Positions 1 to 10,275 of a stretch of 32,000 nt of DNA are shown in pieces (positions within the stretch are counted from its first letter, which is position 1; each line of letters opens with the position of its first letter). Under the pieces are notes generated by a model that was given only the letters and a program-made list of their open reading frames with translations, made no database searches and was not told the DNA's origin. The DNA comes from Mycobacterium leprae TN (GTDB lineage: Bacteria > Actinomycetota > Actinomycetes > Mycobacteriales > Mycobacteriaceae), in contig NC_002677.1 of NCBI RefSeq assembly GCF_000195855.1, positions 3,000,001 through 3,032,000 of the forward strand, in the 5' to 3' direction. A program made the translations under genes and the position numbers.

Positions 1-208
1 CACCGTCACCGGCCTCATCGGCGGTTTCCTGCGCGGGACGTGCACGCCGTGACAAGTCCTCGAAGATCGCCGACCATGCTGTCCGAACACCTGGGCCACC
101 GACAAATCGGCTGATCCGCTCAAAGGCGTCGCGCAGTCCCTCACTACCCTCCTTGATCAGTCGATCGAAATCGTCGGGATCAAATCCGAATGCACTGTAC
201 TCGCCCAC
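1..208 (-). CDS. Conserved hypothetical protein, first 69 codons only (gene runs off the left edge). Possibly the orthologue of the small conserved protein after Rv0312 in M. tuberculosis (Rv0313-like, from memory).
   Basis: GTG at 208-206 is preceded by AAGGAGG (220-214) with a 5-nt spacer. The frame VGEYSAFGFDPDDFDRLIKEGSEGLRDAFERISRFVGGPGVRTAWSAIFEDLSRRARPAQETADEAGDG stays open to position 1. It is absent from the ORF track, presumably because the window edge truncates it. Confidence 0.5.
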   Translation of the reverse strand, partial: MGEYSAFGFDPDDFDRLIKEGSEGLRDAFERISRFVGGPGVRTAWSAIFEDLSRRARPAQETADEAGDG

Positions 209-3200
209 CCGACCTCCTTGCTGTTGGTAGCTGGACACTGCCCAGTGTGCGCTTCGCCGAAGCCATCCGCCACGTTTCGTAGCCCAGCACCAGACCTGGG
301 AGCGGGGGCGGTGCGCCGGTGGATAGCTTGAAATCGGGATCCCGAAGAACGGGACGTGCAGCTACATCGTTATGATTGGAGTGGGCTGTTGAGTCTCGAC
401 CAGCGGTGACGGTGGGAACGACACCGCAGCCGGCGGGGTAGTACCCGGGACAGCCGATAGCGAGATCTATGGCACCGACAGCAGGCTAAGCGACGACCGA
501 AGCGCAAGAGTGACGACGCCGGTGCGAGCGCTGGGCCACTGAGCGTGCATTAAACGCTAACGAAATCACCACCAGCGACCACACGATGGCAGCGATCCCA
601 CTATTGCACTACCGGACCAGTATGTTAAAACCCCCTGCCTCTGCACGGTCTGGTCGTCATACAGAGCACTATAGCCAGAATATTCTCGCCCATGTCTGCA
701 TGTGCGCAGACGTCGAGATCTGTCGGATTCAGCACACGGAGGGTTACCTCGCCGGTATACACTCCAGCACAGTGAGCCAGAGTGGCCCGATCACGCCGCG
801 AATAGTGGCATGTTCGTAGAAGCCAGAGCAGCCCCGCAGTCTAGCGTTATCTCCGATTTCCCAGGGACGCTGACCTCGAGCAAAGGCGCTGTCTAGAGTC
901 CAGGCTTGAGTGTGACGGCGTCGGTTCGGATAGCTGATAATTAATTACGCCGTCCGCCTACGAGGTGAGTTCGACGTCAGCAGACTTAGGCGCACACCAG
1001 GCGCTGCCGGCGACATCAACGACAGCCAACGTTGCGTTGTCTGGATTTACAAACCAACATGGCGATGGGCTGGTAACCGATCCCAGCGCCAATACTGCGG
1101 CAACGAATAACGAGAAGACTATGAAGTCGCCGAATCCCCACCGACAACTAGCTGGAACATGTACCGCCCGACGATGATGCCGTCGGTATTCTCGCTTTTG
1201 ATCAGCACCAAGTGGACCGTCGTAGGTGCCATCGATACCCCAAGTAAGATGTTCACTGGTACTCCAAAGTTTCAAAAGGCCGGCAAAACGTTGTTTAGCT
1301 GCTAGCCACGATTTGAGTGGACGGACCGCACCGTGCGGGCTGTCATTGATGAACTGGGAACGTTTATCAAATTTCGGCCAGCAACGACGAGGCATCACAA
1401 CGGCAACTTGTCACCAGCTTGGGTTGGGGTGGGTAACGCGTGTAACCGGGCACCGACCTAACTACCTGATCAATGTATATGGTGGCCGACGGCTTAATCG
1501 TTGGTACGATGGTTACCTTGGTAACCATCGATGGCACTGTTGTCACAAGTACCTGCGGCGGTACCGAATAGCGAAGCCGGCGTCTCATAGTGCCGCTTAG
1601 CGGCAAAGTATAACACTTGGGACCGGACTTGCTGCTAATGAACAGGGCAGCAGTGCCGGCCGAAGTGTTACGTTTAAGCACCGCCAGGGCTTTAGTGCTT
1701 TACTGTATGCTCATTAGCGAGTACAATATATTTCCGGTCACAATCATGGCTACCAAGGCGCACAGCACGATGACCAGATTGTCAACGCTTTGGACATGCC
1801 GCCAGGACCGTCCTAGGGCGGCTCGATCACGTTTAGCCGCACCGCAGAGACACGTCGGATCGTCTTCGTACAAAGAATCGCGGCTAAAACGCTCCGATAC
1901 CCCCCCGAATATTCGGCCTGCTACGAGGACAAATCGCGCTTGGTCAAGGCATCCGTATCGACCACCAACACCCCAGCGTCTAAGACGGCCGGTAATTCGA
2001 TAACCTGGGTACTTGCCACCACAGACAGGCCGACGGATGTGCGCGTCCGTATGTCCAGCTCTTCCTCGCGCAAGGCCAGCCCCGTAACATAACGGCAACG
2101 CACCGCAGGCAGCTACGAACGGCAAGCTACGACATGGTCACGACCGGTCTGCGACTGTGCACCGAAAGACGTTCAGTGCGTGATCGACAGCCTCTAAGTC
2201 TGTCCAACTCTTGCAACTGACACACCAGCATGTCGTCGACATGCGTAAATGACGCCGGTCAGCCGGTCCTGGATCAGATGCCCCAGCTCGTCACGAGTCA
2301 GCGTTATACGGGAACGCCGTCCACCAAGTTCAGCAGCCAATTCTGTGACAGTGCCAGTAGATAACAACTCTTTAGCAGCTTGGCATTATCCATCTGGACA
2401 GCATCACCCAAAAAATTCATTGGGGACCACAGAGTCATCGCTCCACAAAGCCACTCACGCGCCAGCCAGAGTCGTTCATACTCAGGATGATACTCGAGAA
2501 CAACGATTTTCGATGAATAGTGCTGATAAAGGGTCAGTACGGCACGGCGACTCGCCGGAAGAAGCCAATTAGACACTGCGCCGCCGGTGGTGCCGATCGA
2601 CAGCCCCAGCGGGTCGTAGAGGGCTGGCTTTAACTATAGCCGCAATCAGTATCCTAACCACGCCGTTATCAACCCCTCATTGGTATCTGGTCGATGCGGT
2701 TATGTAACAGAAGTGGTACCGCTATCACCTTGATCAAATGGGGTCGATCCCCTTGCACACTTGAAAAGTCATCACGCGCCGTCGATCCCAAGATCACCGC
2801 GCACTGCGTTCACATCACAGTGAACGGCAGCGAGCAACTCTTCTCGAACTGGAATGTGGACCCACACCTAACCTTGGTGACCATCACCTCTGGTAGTTCA
2901 GTTGTGGCGTGGCAATGTCGTTTTGCGCCAATTCTGCAGTCCAATATCCAATATAAGTGCTCGTCCTCCTGGTCCGAACTTGAATGTGCAGGGACGGCGC
3001 GGTGGCAATCGCCTGCAACGGCTACACGGAATCCGGTTAGCGCATGAATATCTACGCTCCGTCGAAGTGGTTCAGCGACCGGTCAATAGCTAGCCGATTC
3101 GCTATCCTTTTGGCAGCCATGCAGCCAGTCGGGTTCAGCATAGGATACAATTTCAACAACCGTGCCACGCCCTCGATGTCGTCGGGCAGCGCCAACGCGC

Positions 3201-4099
3201 GGTGATATGTGCTCAACGGCGAGCCCAGCCAGGCAGCTCAGTTGGCGGGTGCCGACCGAAACTGCGAATTCGGTGTCGGCCCCAGCGTTCGGAAACACAC
3301 ACTGCGAGCACAAACGACAAATACAGCAGGTGCATCTGCAGGCACACTTCGTTGTCCATCCGCATTAGGGCAGAGTGCGAGAACACTCCAAAAGTCGAGG
3401 TTAGACAACAATGGACCCGAGTAATCGGCCAAGACCTCGTCGGAACAGTTAACAGCAGCGAGTTTCCAACTAGCCGAATTGGTTTCGAGGACCAGCTGCA
3501 AGACAATAATACACTCGACCACCTGGCGCACTTCGCCGAGGGTGACAGTCACCGCGATGCATTGCCGTATGTTATGGCGCTGGAGTGGATAGGACGCATC
3601 TGCGCGCGGATTGCTCGACGGCGCGGTGGCATCGACGTTGGAGCCACCGATGTTATGACACATTCCGAAGACTAAACAGGGGCACCTATCGACTCTACAT
3701 AGAGCAGCGCACCGCAGTGGTCGAGGCAGAATTCGACGCGGCCACGGTCGGCAATCCATGAACTGCGGCAAAGCGCCGATGTCGAGCTGCAGACCTTTGA
3801 CGAGGGTCGGCATATCGTCGCCGTCAAAGTTCAGCGCCTGCTAAATGCGCTTAGTATAGACCAGGCTAGCGGACGTCCAATCCTCCACGGTTGTCTGCAA
3901 CATTGCTTCGTGGCCGAACTTCTCAACACACCAGGCCATGACAAAGTGGTCGATCACATGCCCGATCACCAGCAATTCGTGAACCAAGGTCGGCAACTCT
4001 CGTTGCGAGACAACGGTGCGTACCGGTTTCAAGCATGACTCAAAACTAGTCACGCGACGAACCTTCGGCAACACCTGCATTTGCTACAATGACATAATA

Positions 4100-4570
4100 A
4101 GTGTTCACGATACGGCCGTCGACTTCGAAGCAATCAAGCAGATCAAGTATCGGTACCTACGCGCGCTAGATACCAAGCACTGGGACAACTTTACCCATAC
4201 CTTGACCGGACGACGTTTCTGGCGACTATGGCTCCTACTGCAGCGAGGAACTGCACTTCACCAACCGTACCTACTTGGTGGACTACATGCGCTCAATGAT
4301 CCCTCCGGCACGCATCGAGAATCGTGTGACACACCCGAAAATCACCGTAAACCGGCAATACCGCACAAGCAACGCGGTATTCTTCCAGGGCAGGTTATCG
4401 TTGCCGAGTCCAATTTCATGCTGATCAGTTCAGCCTTTTACCACTACCAGTACCGATACACCGACAGTAGTTTTTTAAAGTGAAACCTGGCTGCGCATTA
4501 ACGCTACTATCCGCCGGACAACTCCAAGTGCAAACCGTGCCAAGACCCTAAATTCCATCGTAAAGTTCAC
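4100..4570 (+). pseudogene. SnoaL/NTF2-like domain protein pseudogene (Rv0310c-like by position)
   Basis: One frame reads DFEAIKQIKYRYLRALDTKHWDNFTHTL. The continuation DVSGDYGSYCSEELHFTNRTYLVDYMRSMIPPARIENRVTHPKITV lies in a second frame. VIVAESNFMLISSAFYHYQYRYT is back in the first frame. That gives at least two frameshifts and no intact ORF. Confidence 0.45.
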
Positions 4571-4589
4571 AATCAAGACCTAACCCCCC

Positions 4590-5246
4590 CTACTTCGTTA
4601 TAGCAATCACCGCACCGGGCCGCAACCAGCGAAGGATCTGCACCAGCGTCACGTCGTCGATCGCTACACAACCCTCCGTCGGACCACCACCAGTGGTATG
4701 CAAGAAGAACGCGGAACCACTTCCGGGAACCTTAGCCTTGTTGACGCCCATGACCACCGCATGCTTGTACGACGGGATTTGCAGGTTCTCGCTTTCTGCC
4801 GTATTGAATCGGCAATGCGATTTCTGACACACCTGCATGGTGTTGAAAGTTGGGCTATGGTCATCGCCGCTCCACCAGTGATTGGGCCCGACTTGAGTGT
4901 AGGGCAACTGGCTACCAGGATTCGGCGCGGTACCAAAAGCGGAGTCAAGACTGTAAACCCCCATCGGGGTGGCCGGATAGCCACTCTTGGCCTGCGCCAC
5001 CAGGCCTGCCGAGCCGACGTAGGTAGGAATGCCGGTCTTGAGCGGTTGCCAGCCCGTGCCGGTGCGCTGGTAGATATCCATTTTCGCGTTCGATCCGCCA
5101 GTACTTACAACCGAAACCACCTGCGTGGCATTGCCTACTTTATTTGCGAACCAGGCAGCTCCGGCCGCCGCACCGATCGGTGCAAGTATTAAGGTGGCCC
5201 AAGCCGCACAGACCACAGCGCTCAGCAGAGCTATCAGTCGGCACAT
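4590..5246 (-). CDS. Exported YkuD-domain (L,D-transpeptidase-like) protein, Rv0309-like
   Basis: Intact 218-codon ORF with an N-terminal hydrophobic signal/anchor (LIALLSAVVCAAWATLILAPIGAAAGA). The C-terminal catalytic-type motif is FFLHTTGGGPTEGCVAI (His...Gly-Cys of the YkuD fold). It is the only intact ORF in the left flank. Confidence 0.85.
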   Translation of the reverse strand: MCRLIALLSAVVCAAWATLILAPIGAAAGAAWFANKVGNATQVVSVVSTGGSNAKMDIYQRTGTGWQPLKTGIPTYVGSAGLVAQAKSGYPATPMGVYSLDSAFGTAPNPGSQLPYTQVGPNHWWSGDDHSPTFNTMQVCQKSHCRFNTAESENLQIPSYKHAVVMGVNKAKVPGSGSAFFLHTTGGGPTEGCVAIDDVTLVQILRWLRPGAVIAITK

Positions 5247-6879
5247 AGGGTTTCATGATCAGACCCACCCAGACTCAAGGTCAAGTAAAACTTGAGACTC
5301 GGTTAGGTCACCGCGTTGTGATCTAACCACAGCGCAGTTTTACATAGGGCCGTCCCCAACTCGGGTTCGACTAGCTCGGACTGCCCCATCGGCGACGACA
5401 ATGGACCAAAAGCACCTGCGCAACAAGCTTCTCACCTCGGTCGGATCGTTGGCGCTTCTCATCGACGGATGAAATACCCACGGGGCTAGCATGATGCACG
5501 TCCAGCACAACCCTGACCCCTGGCGATCCGTACTGTCAGCACGCTCAGAAGCAGCCACGACAACCGCCACGCACTGCGCTACTCAACAGCAACATCACGA
5601 CGATAAGCAGCGCTAGCAAGCTGGTCGTCACTTTAAGCGCGTGACCGGACGAAAATTAAGGTCGATGGTACGTTCTAACAGCGCCATCATCGGTCGTCAC
5701 CAGGTGGCAAACAGACCAACAACACCAAAGCAACCGCTACGCCCAGCACCCGCAACGTGACCGGAACCAAGTCATAAAGACACATCATCCCAGAACCGCA
5801 CCCACCCCTACTGTTGTGCGCGACGTTCAACAACAGCGAATCAACGCTGTGCAGCCAACTCCAATCCTGCTGGTGGCCCATCCAGATGACCACATAACAC
5901 ATAAACCACGACAGCAGCTAAAGCAACAACAGCCAGCCAGGATTTTACATGTCGGCCACAACATAATCTATACGAATAAATATAAATAAATACAACAATA
6001 TACCCCTGAAACTCTCACTCGGGGATATATCTGGCCGGATGGCGGCCTATGTTCGTTCACAAGTGACTCGGCATTGGCAAGCTGCCCGACGGTTCCGTCG
6101 ACGCAATCACCGACACGCGGGCGTCACCCAGTGTCGACAGTTACGTGGATTCGGTGGTATTCACCACCGAGCGGATCCTGGCGACACTATGAAGCGGTAT
6201 CGGGGTTGGCCCGGACAGCGACTGGCTGGCGCTGAAACCAGGCACAGACGGGTGCTGCGCAAGCTGAGATCTGGCCCACCAGGCTGCAATTCTCTCGACG
6301 TTGCCGAGGGCGACCCAAAGTTCAGCGGCCAACTGTCCCTACATTACAAGGACGTCATCGGCGACGATATGCAGGCAGGCCTGCCACTTTATATCACTGG
6401 CTTTTGATATCCTGGCTGAATACGTCTTCTGTGCCGGCAGGCGTCATATCATATATAGTCCATGATTCGTGGCCAGGACGGTTGAAGTAGCACCACTAGG
6501 GTTCCTATGACCGCCGCTAACAGAGCTCGGTGGTAATTCCAATCAGCGTGACCCAGCTGGAACCCACAGTAAGCACCCAGAATGCCTGACTCCCGTGGAC
6601 AACGGATACGTCCATTGGGCCACCACGATACAGTCGAAGACCGCTATGTCCTGGTCATCCTGGGTGACCTACTAACTAACCATCGTTTAAACAACTTCAT
6701 GCACGATCGGCGCGCATCCCTGGCACCCGGAATTACAGTGGCCCCATCAGCCATCTCATAGGGATTGCCGTAGACCACATCTGTAGAGTGCGATCGTCAG
6801 AAAGCTGTTCGAGCAGATCAGAAAGTTTCACCGTATACTCTATATTTTTCTACAAGCTTCATCCTAGCTACAATTTTCT

Positions 6880-7520
6880 ACATGGCCGGGTGGCCGATCA
6901 CGCATTCAATGCTCAAGAGCTCCGGGCCGTATACTACGTGACCGCCCAACTGCGAGACATGCGCCAGTTTGTGCTGGGCTCCATAGTACCACCTTATGCT
7001 TGTTACAAGCCGCACACGCCGTGACCAGTGTTGGTCTGATGCAGTCGGGAGCGCTTCATCCGGATCACCGATGAGCGGCTGCGCGGACGGATTCACGCAC
7101 TGGTCGACGAAGAACGCACGCTTATCGCACAAGCCTTAGGACCACGGGCCCAGGAGTTTCTGCAGGTTAAGGTTGAGGGCATTCTCGAGTGTGCTGAACT
7201 CTTGGTAGTGGCGTTGTTCGATGATCGCGAAAGACACGTCTTCGGCCGACATACGCTACCGCAGATGGACTTAGCATAGATATCGTGCGCCATACCGAAC
7301 CTGTGGCTGGCAGCTCTTTGCATGGGCTGGGTGTCTTTGTTCGATCCCGACTGGTTGGCAACCCTACTGGCAATGCCAGTCAATGCCGAACCGGTGGCCA
7401 TCCTGTGTCTGGGCCCAGTGCCCAAGTTTCTTGATCAGCTTGTGCTAGAATTAGTATGGCTGAGCATTCGCGCAACCGGTGTCGGAATTCGTATCTGAGA
7501 ACCGATGGGGTCAACCACGG
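6880..7520 (+). pseudogene. BluB / nitroreductase-family (5,6-dimethylbenzimidazole synthase-like) pseudogene
   Basis: A single frame reads FNAQELRAVYYVTAQLRDMRQFV...RFIRITDERLRGRIHALVDEERTLIAQALGPRAQEFLQVKVEGILECAELLVVALFDDRERHVFGRHTLPQMDLA*ISCAIPNLWLAALCMGWVSLFDPDWLATLLAMPVNAEPVAILCLGPVP. In-frame stops fall at 7022-7024 (TGA), 7037-7039 (TGA) and 7277-7279 (TAG). The C-terminal SEFVSENRWG is shifted into another frame near 7470. Confidence 0.6.
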
Positions 7521-7869
7521 CGGGAGTTATCCACGCCGCAGCATCAGACGGCCGCTACGCTAGTCGGCGACCAATCGATCAAGTCCGTTCCCGACGACCA
7601 AGGCCACCAACTCGTACAGAGTTACGTACGGCGTCACCCCAGTGAATGCAACGTTAAGGTATCGTGCTATTGCCCGGCCCACCACAACTGCTGCGGTGAG
7701 CTACTGGAAAGTCGACGTCAGCGCCAACCCCGGGTTGGGTGGCAACCACGGCAGTAAGTCACAACACATTGGTAACCAACAGCATTCAAGCATAACCTGG
7801 CCCTGCTTGCAGGAGTCCTTCGCACCAGTGCAGTATGAGCGCCGGATAATATGTCGAAAATGACGGGTG

Positions 7870-9100
7870 GCAGTGCAGCGAGGGGCGACAACGCAACAAA
7901 AGGAAAGACAACTTGCTGATCGTTCCCTGGCACGACCTGGGGCGCCAGCTCAGCGTATACGGACACCTTGGAGGTATCCAGCACGCAGATGGATAAGCCT
8001 CGCAGCGAGGGCATTCTGTTCGCCAGGGCTTATACCATCGCGCAGCTGTACTCGCAGTCCTGAGGATCGCTATTCACCGGTCACTACCCGAACACCAATG
8101 GACTGGTCAGCCTAGCCGATGACGGCTAACAATACCTCGCCGGGGCAACACCCTTACTCAGATTTTATCTGAATAAAGTTCTTTTCAGTTCTTCTGCGCC
8201 ATGCAGCATGCATGCTGCATGAAATTGCTGGGCGTCGATGTGGCCTACGTGTCGAACTCCTACTGCGAGTAGGTAATCAACAAGGCCGAGGACTAACTGC
8301 GCAGCACCGTGCCGGGCTTGCCGGACAACTATTTCTGTTGACGACCAGGCTCTTTGAAACCCGCCGGCCCTACCCGCATGACCACTACCAATCTGGCGAC
8401 AGTACGGCCGTCGATCTGAGACTGACTACCGACCTGATACCCCAGAGGGGCGCAAGACCTCGCCAAATTCTACGAATCCACCGCCGACGCCGCTGTCGGC
8501 CAGTATTGGACACATTGACCTAGACCGACCCCGGTGCCCATACTTAGGTGATATTCTTCGCCTATCATGGCCAGGCGTTTTCCCAGGCTAAATCCACGTT
8601 GTATAACGCCAGACCCGGCATCGCACTAGTCATCCGCACAGGGCCCACCACCCAGGAACTGCCCCTGCGGCTAAGACGAACTGTTCAGCAGTGACGACCT
8701 GGTTCCGACACTGTTAGAACTGACAAGTCTGAACATGTCGACCGATATCGAACAGTATGTCGCACACCGGTCTGCTGCGTGCTCCAGACAACCACATTAT
8801 CGAACTCACCTAACACTACCCAATACCTACCACGACTCCTATGATATGATTAAAGCAATCTGCACAAGAGAAATACAGCTAAATCGAAAACTACGCGGAC
8901 CGACCACTGCGAGATCTACAGTGGGATATCCAGACCAGACCGCTGGGACAGACCGTCGCATGGCATCCAGAGCGCTAATCATGGATTAAACGTTCCACAA
9001 GCGGCGTCCGCATCGCCGAGATCTGGAAGACCAGGAAAACACTTGGCGCGCTTGATTAGCCAAGGAGGCGATCAGGCAAGACCAGCGCCTGACACCCTCA
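7870..9100 (+). pseudogene. Sulfatase (arylsulfatase family, Rv0296c-like) pseudogene
   Basis: The N-terminal signature is NLLIVPWHDLGRQLSVYGHLG. The formylglycine-site region reads AQLYSQS*GSLFTGHYPNTNGLV, where CxPxR is replaced by YSQS plus TGA at 8061-8063. The C-terminal block is IFFAYHGQAF / PGIALVIRTGP / SSDDLVPTLLELTSLNMSTDIEQY. The pieces lie in several frames with multiple stops. The ends are approximate. Confidence 0.6.
8200..8221. repeat. 22-bp perfect spacerless palindrome CATGCAGCATGCATGCTGCATG
   Basis: Read directly: 8200-8210 is the exact reverse complement of 8211-8221. It lies inside the sulfatase pseudogene. Confidence 0.95.
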
Positions 9101-9255
9101 CCAATGCTGGAACGGTAGGTTAACCGTCGTTCCGACGAGTGGGTCGGCCGCTAATGGCAGGAGACACTTCATACTGAGATGACCCAGCTGAGCGGCGCCT
9201 GCCACCAATCTCGACAACGACGAACACCTGCCGGAACGGCAAGATTGTCGTGCCA

Positions 9256-10275
9256 TCAGGCCGAAACGGCTGGGCTTCGGGTCGCGGTGCACGATGAAAC
9301 CCCTGCCGCAGGAGCGGGCCAGCGGAGCCGGGTCAGCAAGTCGGCGTCCGTATCCGTGTGTCCGTCAAGTCGTTGAGCGGAGAACAAATCCAACACTGCC
9401 AGCGCCGGCCGGTGATTTCCATGTTGCGGGGTCAATCCTGCCAATGGTGCGGCCCCTTGTGGAGCCGTATCGGTGAGAAACGCACACGCAGCTGCAATGG
9501 TGTTGCGGTTACTTGAGGAGTCGGGGCAGGCGATCTCTAGCGCCGTCCAAGTCTCGCGCGCTGGGTATAACCGGACCGCATCCAACGTGCCAGGCAATTC
9601 GTCATCGACATTGACCCGGTAGGCGGTAAGGTAGTCTGAGCCTTGCTGCATCCCGCGCCACGTCTCGTCACCGGCAGCCGTGATCAACCGCGGGATACCA
9701 TCCGGCACGGCCAAGCTGACCTCCCAACCGATTTCACGAAGGTGGTCAGCGAGCCGACGCGCCGCGACCTGGGCAGTCTCCTGCAACGGGATCCGCGATG
9801 AACGCGCCTGCAACGCCGCCAGGTTTTTGGCCGCCGACACTGTCAACCCTATCCAGGTCTCGCACAGTGCACCGTCGGATTCGTTGTTGCGGCTGGTTAT
9901 TCGAATACTGTCGGCACGGATGCCATAGCAGTTTAGGTACCGGGTAATCAACGGCAGCGGAATCACGTCTGAACCGCCGACCGGTGGCCCCAGCCGCAGC
10001 AGCACGGTTGTCCGCGTAGCAGAGCCGGATGCGCTGACTGGCCGACCACGGCGCCACATCATCGCCAGTCGTCGTCGCAAGATGGTGGTCAAGTACAGCC
10101 CCCGCCACCAGCCAAACAACACGACTACGACAAGCGCGACGATGCCAAGCAACCAGTAGCTGCGAGTGAACCACCAAGGGTACGCCATAAGCGCGGGCAT
10201 GACGGCCAGCAGCGCCAGCGTAATCCGGCTGCTGCCCGGCCACATAGCAGCCGGGCGTGATCGGTGCGCACTCAC
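9256..10275 (-). CDS. eccE3: ESX-3 secretion system membrane component EccE3
   Basis: 339-codon ORF and last gene of the locus. The GTG start at 10275 overlaps the mycP3 stop (GTGA). There are two N-terminal hydrophobic helices (ITLALLAVMPALMAYPWWF, WLLGIVALVVVVLFGWW) followed by a soluble domain. Position and topology match EccE. Confidence 0.85.
   Translation of the reverse strand: MSAHRSRPAAMWPGSSRITLALLAVMPALMAYPWWFTRSYWLLGIVALVVVVLFGWWRGLYLTTILRRRLAMMWRRGRPVSASGSATRTTVLLRLGPPVGGSDVIPLPLITRYLNCYGIRADSIRITSRNNESDGALCETWIGLTVSAAKNLAALQARSSRIPLQETAQVAARRLADHLREIGWEVSLAVPDGIPRLITAAGDETWRGMQQGSDYLTAYRVNVDDELPGTLDAVRLYPARETWTALEIACPDSSSNRNTIAAACAFLTDTAPQGAAPLAGLTPQHGNHRPALAVLDLFSAQRLDGHTDTDADLLTRLRWPAPAAGVSSCTATRSPAVSA

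Noticed and set aside
2200-4085. A series of minus-strand ORFs (3841-4080, 3238-3813, 2304-2576 and others) that might form one large gene or a novel system.
   Set aside because: They are separated by in-frame stops and frame changes, and I could recognise no motifs. The pattern is that of a decayed single gene (probably Rv0311/Rv0312-like by position) rather than a set of functional small genes.
5340-5902. Possible PAP2-type membrane phosphatase remnant (Rv0308-like by position) on the minus strand.
   Set aside because: There are only hydrophobic stretches and very loose resemblances to the PSGH and SRxxxxxHxxxD motifs (VLCGH..., ...FWDDVS). This is not enough to support a feature call.
6039-6407. 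Methyltransferase-like remnant (GKLPDGSVDAITDT...) and the 122-codon ORF at 6039-6407.
   Set aside because: The single short motif-like stretch is not diagnostic. The ORF translation itself is Arg-rich and low in complexity. It is left unassigned.
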